A stretch of 58,172 bases of DNA from Thermoproteota archaeon (GTDB lineage Archaea > Korarchaeota > Korarchaeia > B14-G2), in assembly GCA_037917675.1 (NCBI GenBank), contig JAVCBW010000037.1, positions 1 through 58,172 of the forward strand, in the 5' to 3' direction. Under the pieces are notes generated by a model. The model was not told the origin of the DNA, made no database searches, and was given only the letters and a program-made list of their open reading frames with translations. A program made the position numbers and the translations under genes. Shown here piece after piece: positions 47,391 through 57,307 of this stretch. Numbering within the stretch: the first letter of the stretch is position 1; each line of letters starts with the position of its first letter.

Positions 47391-47849
47391 CTAGGTGAGG
47401 CTGTAAGGCGGCTGTGAGAGGACGTCTGTGGAGCTCAGGCATCGAGGCTCCTTCCCGAGGAGCCTCTTCACATCCATCCTCTTCTCACGGACCTTCTCAG
47501 CTAGCTTCCTATCGTCTGTGACTAGAGCTAGGTCATTCTCTACAGATGCCACCACGTAAGCTGAGTCGTAGTATGTGGTCTCTAGCTCACATGCTAGCCT
47601 TAGCACGCTCACTAGGTCATTTGGCTCCAGGAGCTGCATCATCTTGTACACCTGGCTGACGTAGCCAAGCAGAGCCAAAGCATCCTCAGCACTTATCCTC
47701 TTGAGGATGATAGCCTCCTTCCACAGGCTGTTGCCGACCTCGTAAGGTGTTAGCGTGAGCGCATAGCTTCCTTTAAGGTACTCCACTGCACTGCCACCCT
47801 TCAGCTTTATGATGTTCAGTAGTGCAGAGGCATCTATGAGGAGCTTCAT
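47391..47849 (-). CDS. vapC: VapC PIN-domain toxin
   Basis: LLIDASAL, YEVGNSLWK, TYYDSAYV, LVTDDRKL. Confidence 0.92.
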   Translation of the reverse strand: MKLLIDASALLNIIKLKGGSAVEYLKGSYALTLTPYEVGNSLWKEAIILKRISAEDALALLGYVSQVYKMMQLLEPNDLVSVLRLACELETTYYDSAYVVASVENDLALVTDDRKLAEKVREKRMDVKRLLGKEPRCLSSTDVLSQPPYSLT

Positions 47850-48073
47850 CTCTCCTCCCTACTCCTCCGGATGGCCTCCACAATCTCTGCAGATGGGATC
47901 TTGCTCAAGATCTCCTGAGCTCTGCTCAGAGCCTCTCTGACCTCCTCTTCCTCCCTCCTCCTGACCTCCTCCTCTAGGGCTGCGTGGATGACCCTGCTGA
48001 CAGGCACACCATACCTCTTGAGCTTCACATAGAGCTCCCTTCGGATCTTAGCTGATACGGTCACATATCTCAC
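47846..48073 (-). CDS. VapB-type antitoxin
   Basis: YVTVSAKI (RHH strand), IRRSREER end, 4-nt overlap with vapC. Confidence 0.85.
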   Translation of the reverse strand: MRYVTVSAKIRRELYVKLKRYGVPVSRVIHAALEEEVRRREEEEVREALSRAQEILSKIPSAEIVEAIRRSREER

Positions 48074-48391
48074 ATCACCACCTAGAGAGCAAGCAGGTAT
48101 TACCTTAAATATCTTACCTATATTCGACTACATTGGGAGTAGTTTGCATGCTAGAGGCCTGGTGTACCACCACACATGATAGAGGCCAAGGAGGCTACAT
48201 GTATGCAGCTCCTACATCGCTATCACATCCCATTAGTCTACCTCTAGCATAGATGTGATCCTAGCAGGCTTCTGCTAGGTAGCTTATGGTAGAGATGAGA
48301 GCTGGAGGCGGCCACTATGGAAGTGCTGTGAGCCTATACGGGTTTCCGAGGCTCATGGCTGCTTCAACCTGAGCTTGAGCTACCACATAGC

Positions 48392-48805
48392 TTACGCTGG
48401 TGTATATGCGCATAGTAGCTTCTTGACCATCTCGTGGACGTGCTCTGCCATCCTTATCGCCTCAAGAGCATCCTCGCGGTCATATAGCTCCTCAGGTGGG
48501 AGCCCAGACTCCTCATCACCATACATGGAGGGCTCTCTTTCTCTCCTCAGCCTTCTCGAATACCTTGCTAGAGTCGGTATGTCACGCTGGAACCATGTAG
48601 GAAACCTCTGGAGCTCACGCTTCAGTATAGGGCCTACGTCATGCCATTTAGGTGGCTCGATGCCAACAAGCCTGAGCGCTGCCTTGAGGAGTAGCTCCAC
48701 AGCCTCCTGGCTCTGCCTGATAGCATATGGGTAGCTGCCACGCTCTAGAGCCTCAGCTGCATGATGGAGCCTCTCTTCAGCCTGCCTTATATATGATTCA
48801 GCCAT
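48392..48805 (-). CDS. HEPN domain protein
   Basis: SQEAVELLLKA, PPKWHDV, REPSMYGDE. Confidence 0.9.
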   Translation of the reverse strand: MAESYIRQAEERLHHAAEALERGSYPYAIRQSQEAVELLLKAALRLVGIEPPKWHDVGPILKRELQRFPTWFQRDIPTLARYSRRLRREREPSMYGDEESGLPPEELYDREDALEAIRMAEHVHEMVKKLLCAYTPA

Positions 48806-48816
48806 GCTCAGGTTTC

Positions 48817-49329
48817 TCAGACCTCAATCACCTCACCGAACTCATAGTCTCTCTTAAGCCTCCAGTACCATAGCCTGCCAAGCTTAACTCTCTCAGCACC
48901 GAGCTCCTGCAGCTTCTGCTTCAGCTTCTCCAATATGCTCTTGAAGAATTCTCCTCGATCATATAGTATTATAGCATCCTCCATGAGATCGAGATATAGA
49001 GGGGTGAGCCTAGCTGCCTCCTCAGGGGTCTTCAAGATAGGTGTGAAGTCTATGAAATACCCCTGCTCCTCAAGCTTACTTAGCAGAGGCTCAAGCTCCC
49101 TCTCAGCCTCCATGAAAAGGTCCTGTCTCCTAAACCTGCTTCTCGGAAGCCCTCTGACAACAACCACAAGATCGATATCACTATCACGTTTAGCCTCACC
49201 TCTAGCCACAGACCCATATAGGACGACAGACACAAGATCGTCTCCAAAGAACTTGAGTAGTGCATCTACTAGCCTAGATAGAACAAGGCGGTAAGGGTCA
49301 CAGATGCCTGAAAGCTCCTTACAGCACAT
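48817..49329 (-). CDS. Minimal nucleotidyltransferase (MNT) paired with HEPN
   Basis: LYGSVARGEAKRDSDIDL, ILYDR. Directly upstream of the HEPN gene. Confidence 0.92.
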   Translation of the reverse strand: MCCKELSGICDPYRLVLSRLVDALLKFFGDDLVSVVLYGSVARGEAKRDSDIDLVVVVRGLPRSRFRRQDLFMEAERELEPLLSKLEEQGYFIDFTPILKTPEEAARLTPLYLDLMEDAIILYDRGEFFKSILEKLKQKLQELGAERVKLGRLWYWRLKRDYEFGEVIEV

Positions 49330-49417
49330 ACTATACGAGAAGCCAACTACATTAAAAGCCTTCGTAAGGCTGAGCTATAGGCTAGCTATCAGTGTAGCTG
49401 AGCTTGCAGCTGCTAGC

Positions 49418-49675
49418 TTAGAAGGGTACTTGTAGGCTTGCTGCCTCCTCTCTCATCCAGCTTAGCTTCCCTCCTATGATCCTCACCATGACACCATGGC
49501 ACTCTCTTCCCTTTAGAGGGCAGCTGCCGCATCCAAGCCTCTCATAGATCCTCTCTCTGCAGCCCTTCGGGACTATCTTCTCTCCCTCGACCTCTGAGGG
49601 CTTACAGCCCTTAGGTAAGTACTCCTCTGGGATCACACTCCACTTGCCTGAGACAGGGCAACTCACTTTAAGCAC
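49418..49675 (-). CDS. Small Cys-rich hypothetical protein
   Basis: 85 aa, 6 Cys, PKGC twice, CGSC...ECH. Confidence 0.55.
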   Translation of the reverse strand: MLKVSCPVSGKWSVIPEEYLPKGCKPSEVEGEKIVPKGCRERIYERLGCGSCPLKGRECHGVMVRIIGGKLSWMREEAASLQVPF

Positions 49676-49724
49676 CAGCTAGCTGCCAGATGCCTCCTTT
49701 TAAAGCTGTCGGTGATAGGGTTCA

Positions 49725-50609
49725 GTGCTTGGTGGTGGCATGCAGCAGGCTCTAGACCTCTCATTCCTCTTCTGGCTCATCTTGCTGATGCTGTTCTTCT
49801 ACCCTCAGCTCAGGCACCAGGCTCTGAGGGCTGCTAGACTTAAGGTGATCAGGAGCTTGGAGAGGAAGCATGGCTCTAAGGTCATAACGATGATCCATAG
49901 GCAGGAGAGGATTGGGTTCTTTGGCATACCCTTCTACAGGTATATTGACATAGAGGACTCAGAGCAGGTGCTTAGAGCTATAAGGTCTACTCCACCAGAT
50001 ACACCGATAGAGCTTATCTTGCATACTCCAGGTGGCTTAGTGCTTGCTTCAGCTCAGATCGCGATGGCTATAAGAGACCACCCTGGGAAGACTACTGTAA
50101 TAGTCCCGCATTATGCTATGAGTGGTGGGACACTGATAGCTTTAGCTGCAGATGAGATCATAATGGATAAGCATGCTGTCCTTGGGCCAGTTGACCCACA
50201 GCTCTCTGACCCGAAGTATGGTGCTGTGCCAGCTGCCTCAGTTCTCAAGGCAGTCAAGGAGAAGGGAGCTAGCAAGGTTGATGACGCGACTTTGATCAAG
50301 GCTGACATAGCTGAGAAAGCCATATCCCAGATGAGAGAGCTCATAGTAGAGCTCACAGAAGACAAGCTCGGTAAGGAGAGGGCTGAGGAGCTTGCTAAGG
50401 CCCTTACAGAAGGGAGGTGGACCCACGACTACCCTCTTACACCTAGGAAGCTGAGGGAGCTTGGAGTAGAAGTCTCCCATGAAATGCCTCCAGAGGTTTA
50501 TGCTCTCATGGGGCTCTACCCACAGCCACACCAGCAGAGGCCTACGGTGGAGTTCATACCAGGCCCAGCGCCAGCACCCTACAGGCAGGAGACGAGAAGA
50601 GAGAAGTAG
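49725..50609 (+). CDS. Membrane-anchored ClpP-class (SDH family) serine protease
   Basis: N-terminal TM, HTPGG, AMSGGTLIALAADEI, LGPVDPQ, WTHDYP. ATG at 49740 is an alternative start. Confidence 0.9.
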   Translation: MLGGGMQQALDLSFLFWLILLMLFFYPQLRHQALRAARLKVIRSLERKHGSKVITMIHRQERIGFFGIPFYRYIDIEDSEQVLRAIRSTPPDTPIELILHTPGGLVLASAQIAMAIRDHPGKTTVIVPHYAMSGGTLIALAADEIIMDKHAVLGPVDPQLSDPKYGAVPAASVLKAVKEKGASKVDDATLIKADIAEKAISQMRELIVELTEDKLGKERAEELAKALTEGRWTHDYPLTPRKLRELGVEVSHEMPPEVYALMGLYPQPHQQRPTVEFIPGPAPAPYRQETRREK

Positions 50610-50879
50610 ACTCTGCCATCACTCTACATGATGGGCTCAGGAGCCTGCCAGTAAGCGGCTGCAACTGCGGGTTGAATGCTAATAGAGCCTGCTAAAAGAA
50701 TGCCAGGCTGCAGGACTAGCGCCATAAGCACCTACAGCATCATTCTGGTTCAGCTGGCTCACTGCTGCCTCTGCTGCAGTGGCCTGTAGGGCTTGGCTGC
50801 CTTCTTCCTCCAGGAGCAGCAGCCTGCCTGCTCCATGTACCCTCTCTCAGCTACTTAGAGACTCTTTTCAGCTAGCTCC

Positions 50880-51773
50880 TTACAGCTGGGTGTCTACACG
50901 GCAGTATGCTCCACCCACCAGCTTCACGAGGCCCTTCTCCTCTAGGAGGGCTAGGTGCTTCTTTATCATCTGGGCTTCCCAGTAGTCTAGTAGAGGCTTG
51001 GCGTAAGGCTTCACCCTGTATATTGGTGACATGTCGACTAGCTCTCTTAGCGTCCTCGGCTTGCTGAGCAAGCTGAGTATCATGGAGCTTCTCTCCTCAA
51101 GCACCTCCATGTACTTCTGCAGCTTCCTCTCTATTTGCTCTCTCCCATAGACTGGCTTGCTGTGGCCTGGCACTAAGACCTCTACACCTAGAGACATGAC
51201 CTTCTCAATAGACTTGGTGAACTGCTTGATACAGCTTTCCTCATGGCCATACCATGGGCCGAATGGTGTCAGGTCTATGTCTGAGGAGTGGAGCACCTTC
51301 CCCTCTATTAGGATCACGTGCATGTCAGCTGTGTGGCCTGGTGCATGTATGGGTGTGACCTCAGGGCTCTCTAGGATCGGCTCCTCGCTCCAGTATGGCT
51401 CTGAGCTGAAGCTTCTTAGGCCTATGAGCTGCTTGACGTACTTGACCCATGTTGAGGCCAGCTCCTCTCCAGCAAACCTCTTTGCTAGGGCCTCTAGAGT
51501 CGTGGGGTGGCCTGCTGGAGAAAGCACTCTTATGCTCAGCTTGTTGAAGAGCCATGCACCTGAGCAGTGGTCTGGGTGCGTGTGTGAGAGCACAGCTACG
51601 CTGACGTCAGATGCCAGCTTCCTCAGATGCTTTAGCCCACAGCCTAAGTCTACTATGGCCTTGCCTTTTATTAGCAGAGAGTTTGAGTAGGGGAACCTGC
51701 CCTTATCCTCTCCTTCTATGAAGTAGACTCCTGGGTGGACTTCCGCTATCATAGCTCCATGACCCTGTGGCAT
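50880..51773 (-). CDS. MBL-fold metallo-hydrolase, last gene of the peptide ABC operon
   Basis: SHTHPDH, APGHT, DIDLTPFGPWYG, PGH. Confidence 0.88.
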   Translation of the reverse strand: MPQGHGAMIAEVHPGVYFIEGEDKGRFPYSNSLLIKGKAIVDLGCGLKHLRKLASDVSVAVLSHTHPDHCSGAWLFNKLSIRVLSPAGHPTTLEALAKRFAGEELASTWVKYVKQLIGLRSFSSEPYWSEEPILESPEVTPIHAPGHTADMHVILIEGKVLHSSDIDLTPFGPWYGHEESCIKQFTKSIEKVMSLGVEVLVPGHSKPVYGREQIERKLQKYMEVLEERSSMILSLLSKPRTLRELVDMSPIYRVKPYAKPLLDYWEAQMIKKHLALLEEKGLVKLVGGAYCRVDTQL

Positions 51774-52738
51774 GCTACTAGGTGCTCTGGCTCAGCTTCA
51801 GCTAGCTGAGGCTCTCTCTGCCTGCACTCCTCTACGGCATAGGGGCATCTTGGATGGAACCTGCAGCCTGGTGGTATGTCTACTGGCGCAGCTGGGACCT
51901 CACCCTTTAGCTTGACTTTCTCCTTCCTTCTATGTGGGTTTGGTACTGGGACAGCTGCTATCAGAGCCCTCGTGTATGGGTGCAGTGGGCTCTCAAAGAC
52001 CTTGTGTGCTGGGCCGAGCTCAACTATCCTCCCAAGGTACATTACAGCGATCCTAGTGCTTATGTACTTCGCTACAGCAAGCTCATGTGTTATGAATAGG
52101 TATGTGAGGCCCATTTCCCTCTTCAGCTGCATCAGTAGCTCTAGGATAGAGGCCTTAAGTGAAACGTCTATCATGGAGACTGCTTCATCTGCTACTATGA
52201 ACATGGGCTTCGTGACTATGGCTCGTGCTATAGCTACTCTCTGCCTCTGGCCTCCACTGAGGTCTCTGGGATAGAGGCTATAGAACTTCTCAGCTGGAGT
52301 GAGACCGACCTTCTCGAGGAACTCCATTGCTATCTGCCTTGCCTCACTTCCATGAGCTATCCCATGTATTTCCAGAGGGTGCTTCACAGCTTCTCCAACC
52401 CTCATCCTTGGGTTGAGTGATGCATATGGGTCTTGGAAGACTGGCTGCATCTTCTTCCTTATCTTCCTGAGCTCCTCTCCCCTGAGGGCAGTTATATCCT
52501 CTCCATCGAAGAATATTCTGCCTGAGGTCGGGTCTATCAGCCTGAGGATGAGCCTACCTGTCGTCGTCTTGCCGCATCCTGTCTCACCTGCTAGCGTGAA
52601 TACCTCCCCCTTCTCTATTGAGAAGGAGACACCGTCTACTGCTCTGACATACCTTCTGCTCCTAGTTAGGAGCCTCTCTAGGAAGCTCTTCTCTAGAGGG
52701 AAGTGCTTCACTAGGTTCTCTACTCGTAGGAGCTCCAT
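51749..52738 (-). CDS. Oligo/dipeptide ABC ATPase (OppF/DppF-like)
   Basis: GETGCGKTT, FQDPYASLNPR, LSGGQRQR, HPYT, GCRFHPRC. Confidence 0.93.
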   Translation of the reverse strand: MELLRVENLVKHFPLEKSFLERLLTRSRRYVRAVDGVSFSIEKGEVFTLAGETGCGKTTTGRLILRLIDPTSGRIFFDGEDITALRGEELRKIRKKMQPVFQDPYASLNPRMRVGEAVKHPLEIHGIAHGSEARQIAMEFLEKVGLTPAEKFYSLYPRDLSGGQRQRVAIARAIVTKPMFIVADEAVSMIDVSLKASILELLMQLKREMGLTYLFITHELAVAKYISTRIAVMYLGRIVELGPAHKVFESPLHPYTRALIAAVPVPNPHRRKEKVKLKGEVPAAPVDIPPGCRFHPRCPYAVEECRQREPQLAEAEPEHLVACHRVMEL

Positions 52739-52742
52739 TCCA

Positions 52743-53726
52743 TCACCTGTATAAGTGGCACTTCACAGCTGTCTCACCTAGCTTGACTTCAGGCGGCTCT
52801 TCTCTCCTACACAAGTCCATCACATGAGGACACCTTGGATGGAACCTGCAGCCTGGTGGCGGGTTTGCTAGGTCAGGTGGAGACCCAGGTATATAGACTA
52901 GCTTCATGTCTTTCAGCTCTATGTTTGGGACTGCTTTGAGCAAGCCTTGGGTATAGGGGTGGAGTGGGCTATCATATAGGGTCTCGCTTGGAGCACACTC
53001 AACTAGGTGGCCTGCATACATCACAGCTATCCTATCAGCTATCTCCATGGCAACACTTATGTCATGTGTTATCAGGATCACTGAGAGCCCTAGCTTCTCC
53101 CTAAGGCTCTGGAAGAGCTCCATTATCTGAGACTGAACTATCACATCTAGAGCTGTCGTGGGCTCATCTGCTATCAGTAGGCTTGGGCTTGTTGAGATAG
53201 CCATGGCTATCATGGCTCTCTGCCTCATGCCGCCGCTAAACTGGTGTGGGTAGTCATAGAAGCGCTCAGCTGATATCCCAACCAGCTCAAGGTACTCTAG
53301 GGCCTTTTCTCGAGCCTCCTCCTCAGTGAGCTGGCTGTGAGCCATTATGGTCTCTACAAGCTGCTCACCAATCCTCATCAGAGGGTCTAGTGAAGTAAGC
53401 GGATCCTGGAAGACCATTCCTATCTCGCCTCCTCTCACCTTTGAGAGCTCTTGCTCTGGCAGCTTCAGGAGGTCACGTCCCTTGAAGAAGACGCTGCCCT
53501 CTAGTATCCTACCTGGATGTGGGACTAGCCTGACTATAGCTAGTCCTAGAGTAGACTTCCCTGAGCCAGACTCCCCTACTAGCCCGAGGACCTCGCCCTT
53601 CTTGACCTCTAGGCTGACTCTGTCAACTGCCTTGATAGCTTCATCTCCTAGCATGTAGTATACTCTGAGGCCTCTGACATCTAGTAGTGGAGGCATGCTA
53701 CCTCCTCTCAGGTGAGATGAGCTCAT
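52743..53726 (-). CDS. Oligo/dipeptide ABC ATPase (OppD/DppD-like)
   Basis: GESGSGKST, YPHQFSGGMRQR, ADEPTTALDV. True start probably at MPPLL. Confidence 0.93.
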   Translation of the reverse strand: MSSSHLRGGSMPPLLDVRGLRVYYMLGDEAIKAVDRVSLEVKKGEVLGLVGESGSGKSTLGLAIVRLVPHPGRILEGSVFFKGRDLLKLPEQELSKVRGGEIGMVFQDPLTSLDPLMRIGEQLVETIMAHSQLTEEEAREKALEYLELVGISAERFYDYPHQFSGGMRQRAMIAMAISTSPSLLIADEPTTALDVIVQSQIMELFQSLREKLGLSVILITHDISVAMEIADRIAVMYAGHLVECAPSETLYDSPLHPYTQGLLKAVPNIELKDMKLVYIPGSPPDLANPPPGCRFHPRCPHVMDLCRREEPPEVKLGETAVKCHLYR

Positions 53727-54558
53727 TTAAGCCTTCACCTAGGAGGCTGAACCCTACTGCTAGGAGGACTATCATGAAGCCTGGGAATGTCGAGCCCCAC
53801 CAGTATCCTGCCAGGAGGTTCCTCTGCCCATTCCTCAGGTCAAAGCCCCAGTCTGGCGTCGGAGCTGGGACGCCTAGGCCTAGGAAGCTTAAGCCAGCTT
53901 CAGTTAGGACTGCATCAGCTACATTCATCGAGAACACGACTGGGAGGACTGGGATCACATTCGGCAGGATGTACTTGAGCATTATCACCTTGTGTGGCGC
54001 CCCGAGAGCTGTTGCAGCCTCAACATAGAGCTGGCTCTTGACACTGAGCACCTGCCCCCTTATCATCCTGAAGTATGTCGGTATGTAGACTATAGATATA
54101 GAGACTACTGTGTTAGAGACTCCTGGCCCCAGCATGGCTGCTACTGCTATGGCTAGGATGAGCCCTGGAAAAGCATAGATGCTATCCATTACTAGAGAGA
54201 GTACCCTGTCGACTACCCCACCGAAGTATCCTGATACCAGCCCTACTAGCGTGCCTATGCTCATCGACAGCATGGTTGAAGCTAGAACCACTGCCATGAC
54301 TGTTCTTGAGCCATAGAGTATCCTACTGAATACGTCTCTCCCAAGGTTATCAGTTCCCATGAGGTGCTCTCTTGAGGGAGGCAGCAGCACGCTGTCAACT
54401 GAAACATATGGGTCGTAGGGTGCTACAATGGGAGCTAGAGCTGCCATAGCTATGATCCACGCTACTACTATGGCTCCAACCAGGGTTAGAGCCAAGTCTA
54501 CCCTCTTAACCCTCCAGTACCTCTTTACTGCCTTAGCAAGAGGGTCTATGACTCTCAT
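53698..54558 (-). CDS. Peptide ABC permease (OppC/DppC-like)
   Basis: HLMGTDNLGRD, YVEAATALGA, EAGLSFLGLG. Confidence 0.93.
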   Translation of the reverse strand: MRVIDPLAKAVKRYWRVKRVDLALTLVGAIVVAWIIAMAALAPIVAPYDPYVSVDSVLLPPSREHLMGTDNLGRDVFSRILYGSRTVMAVVLASTMLSMSIGTLVGLVSGYFGGVVDRVLSLVMDSIYAFPGLILAIAVAAMLGPGVSNTVVSISIVYIPTYFRMIRGQVLSVKSQLYVEAATALGAPHKVIMLKYILPNVIPVLPVVFSMNVADAVLTEAGLSFLGLGVPAPTPDWGFDLRNGQRNLLAGYWWGSTFPGFMIVLLAVGFSLLGEGLNELISPERR

Positions 54559-54572
54559 GGAAGCACCTCTAG

Positions 54573-55586
54573 CTAGTATCTTATCCTGGGGTCTATGTAC
54601 GCGTAGACTATGTCAACTATGAGGCTCACTGTAGCTACCAGGAGAGCATAGAACACTATAGTCCCCTGGACTGTCGTGTAGTCCCTATACTCTATCCTCT
54701 CTAGGAGGAATGTGCCCATCCCAGGCCATGAGAAGGTTGTCTCAGTGAGGACTGCTCCAGCTAGCAGGAGGGAGAACTGTAAGCCCATCATTGTGAGAAC
54801 TGGGATGAAAGCGTTTTTGAGCGCATGCCTCAGCAGTATCTGCCCCTCTGGGATCCCTCTCGCCTTCAGCGCCCTTATGAAGTCCTCCTTTAGGACCTCT
54901 AGCATGCTGGACCTCACCAGCCTCGTGTAGACTCCTGAGAGCACTACGCCTAGAGTTATAGAGGGCAGTAGAAGGTATCTCAAGGCATCTATGAACCCAA
55001 CTAGATTCAGGGTTAGTAGGCTGTCAAGCAGGTATAAGCCTGTTATCCTTTCTATCTCAACTAGAGGAGACTTCCTTCCTGCTACTGGCAGAAGCTTCAG
55101 CTTGACTCCAAGAGTGAACTGGAGCAGCATACCGAGGAGAGGTATGAACAGGGAGTATGCTACTATGCTGAACAGCCTGAGCCCCACATCAGCCTTGGTC
55201 CCAGGCTTCGTTGAGGCAAAGACCCCTGTAGCTAAGCCTATCAGGACGCTCACTACGAAGGCGCATATCGTGAGCTCTAGCGTAGCTGGGAACCTATCCC
55301 ATATCTCTGTTGAAACAGGCCTCTTCCCCCATATCATCGAGCGCCCTAGGTCTCCTCTCATGATCATGGCTATGTAGTCTACGTATTGCCTCCAGAGAGG
55401 CTTGTCCAAGCCCAGCTCATGCCTCAAGCGCTCTATGTGCTCTGGAGAAGCCTTCATGCCAACTATAGCTACCACAGGGTCTCCTGGCAGTATACGCATC
55501 ACAAGGAAGACAAGAGATAGTAGGATGAAGACCATTGGGATCGTCAAGAGCACCCTAGTCAATATGTAGACTCTGAGCGAGACCAT
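54573..55586 (-). CDS. Peptide ABC permease (OppB/DppB-like)
   Basis: LPGDP, LGLDKPL, GDLGRS, TETTFSWPGMG, DPRIRY. Confidence 0.93.
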   Translation of the reverse strand: MVSLRVYILTRVLLTIPMVFILLSLVFLVMRILPGDPVVAIVGMKASPEHIERLRHELGLDKPLWRQYVDYIAMIMRGDLGRSMIWGKRPVSTEIWDRFPATLELTICAFVVSVLIGLATGVFASTKPGTKADVGLRLFSIVAYSLFIPLLGMLLQFTLGVKLKLLPVAGRKSPLVEIERITGLYLLDSLLTLNLVGFIDALRYLLLPSITLGVVLSGVYTRLVRSSMLEVLKEDFIRALKARGIPEGQILLRHALKNAFIPVLTMMGLQFSLLLAGAVLTETTFSWPGMGTFLLERIEYRDYTTVQGTIVFYALLVATVSLIVDIVYAYIDPRIRY

Positions 55587-55595
55587 CTCATGGCA

Positions 55596-55611
55596 CCCAA
55601 AAAAATGGGGG
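55596..55611 (-). terminator. Intra-operon oligo-T tract after the substrate-binding gene
   Basis: Minus strand reads cccccatttttttggg just after the stop codon at 55617. Confidence 0.45.
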
Positions 55612-55616
55612 TTAGG

Positions 55617-57188
55617 CTACTCCTTGTATATCAGCCAGTACCTGAGGAGCATGTATGGGTCTATAACTATACCCTTCACGTTCTTCTTGCAGACCACATA
55701 GAGCTTACCCTGGAAGAAGGGTATTATTGGAGCATCCTCAGCTAGCTTCCTCTGCACCTGCTCGTAGAGCCTAGTTCTAGTAGCCTTGTCTGGGGCAACC
55801 TGAGCCTCCTCTAGGAGCTTGTCCATCTCAGGGTCGCTGTATGGCTTACCAAGCCACCTGTTTGAGTCAGTGTGGAGGAATGGGTAGAGGAAGTTGTCTG
55901 GGTCTATGTAGTCTGGATACCAGCCATATAGAGTGACTGGAAGCCCCTTCTTCCTCGTGAGCTCTATGTAGGTTGACCACTCAGCGCTCTTTATCTCAAC
56001 CTCTATCATCCCAGTCTTCTCCCAGCTCTCCTTTATAGCAGCTGCCACGTCAGCTTCTGTTGTACCGTAGTGTGCTGGAGTATACCAGAGCTCCACCTTC
56101 AGCTTATTCGCCTCAGAGTAGCCTGCTTGAGCTAGCAGCCTCCTAGCTAGCTCATAGTTGGGGCCTTCACCATACTTCTCCTTGAATGCATCTATGTGGC
56201 TCCACATTCCAGCTGGAACTAGGCTGTAGAGCGGGCTCACAGTCCCTAGGAACACGCCCTCAGTTATCTTCTTCCTGTCTAAGGCTGCAGCTAGAGCCTG
56301 CCTGACCAGCTTGTCGTTAAATGGCTCTATGTTCCCGTTGAGCACTATATACCTTATGTAGGATCCCTGCCCCTCTATGACAGCGAAATTGGGGTTCTTG
56401 GCTAGGTCCTTTATGTCAGATGGGTTCAGGGTCCTCCAGGCTACATCTATCTCACCGCCCTCCAGAGCTAGCCTCAGTGCTGTGGCGTCCTTATAGAACT
56501 TTATTATTATGGTCTCTGTCCTAGGCTTCTCACCATAGTAGTTGGGGTTAGCCTTCAGCACAAGCTCGACATCTCTCACAAACCTCTCTATGTAGTATGG
56601 GCCTATGCCTCCTGCTGTGTTGTCTGGTGATATCTCGTCAGCAGGATAGGACTTCGGGGATACTGGGAAGTATGTTGGGACAGCTAGGACTGCCTTGTAG
56701 AATGCGACAGGCTGCTGTAGCACTATCTTGACAGTATACTTGTCGACAGCCTCAACTTTATCGACGAAGTCTAGGACGAACCAAGCTGGGTCACCTTCTA
56801 TCCTAGCGACCCTCTCTATGCTCCACTTCACTACGTCAGCTGTCAGCTCAGTTCCATCACGGAACTTCAGCCCCTTCCTGAGCTTGAGGACCCAGACCTT
56901 ACCTCCCTCCTGGACCTCATAGCTCTCAGCTAGAGCAGGCTTGAGCTCTAAGGTCGTAGGCTCATACTTGAAGAAGCCTTCAGCTATGTTCGACAAGACC
57001 TCCCATGTAAAGAAGTCGTATGCGTTAGCTGGGTCTAGGTCAGTCACCCTGTCGGTTGTCCCTATGATTATGACCTTCTTCTCAGCTGGAACCCTCTTAG
57101 CCTGGTACACGTATGCTATGCCGACTACAGCTACTATGATAACTAACGCAGCCACCACAGCTACAACCTTCGATATGCCACTCCTCAT
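55617..57188 (-). CDS. Peptide/nickel ABC substrate-binding protein (family 5)
   Basis: N-terminal TM, DLDPA, PALAES, LRKGLKFRDGTELTADVVKWS, GWYPDYIDPDN. Confidence 0.93.
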   Translation of the reverse strand: MRSGISKVVAVVAALVIIVAVVGIAYVYQAKRVPAEKKVIIIGTTDRVTDLDPANAYDFFTWEVLSNIAEGFFKYEPTTLELKPALAESYEVQEGGKVWVLKLRKGLKFRDGTELTADVVKWSIERVARIEGDPAWFVLDFVDKVEAVDKYTVKIVLQQPVAFYKAVLAVPTYFPVSPKSYPADEISPDNTAGGIGPYYIERFVRDVELVLKANPNYYGEKPRTETIIIKFYKDATALRLALEGGEIDVAWRTLNPSDIKDLAKNPNFAVIEGQGSYIRYIVLNGNIEPFNDKLVRQALAAALDRKKITEGVFLGTVSPLYSLVPAGMWSHIDAFKEKYGEGPNYELARRLLAQAGYSEANKLKVELWYTPAHYGTTEADVAAAIKESWEKTGMIEVEIKSAEWSTYIELTRKKGLPVTLYGWYPDYIDPDNFLYPFLHTDSNRWLGKPYSDPEMDKLLEEAQVAPDKATRTRLYEQVQRKLAEDAPIIPFFQGKLYVVCKKNVKGIVIDPYMLLRYWLIYKE

Positions 57189-57307
57189 CTTAGGTACCGG
57201 CTACCTTAAGGGAGGCTCCTCTATTTAAGTGTTATCTGAACACTTAATGCATGGCTAAAGCCTGAACAGAACCTGTAGCTAGATGAGCTCACCTATACTT
57301 GATGAGC

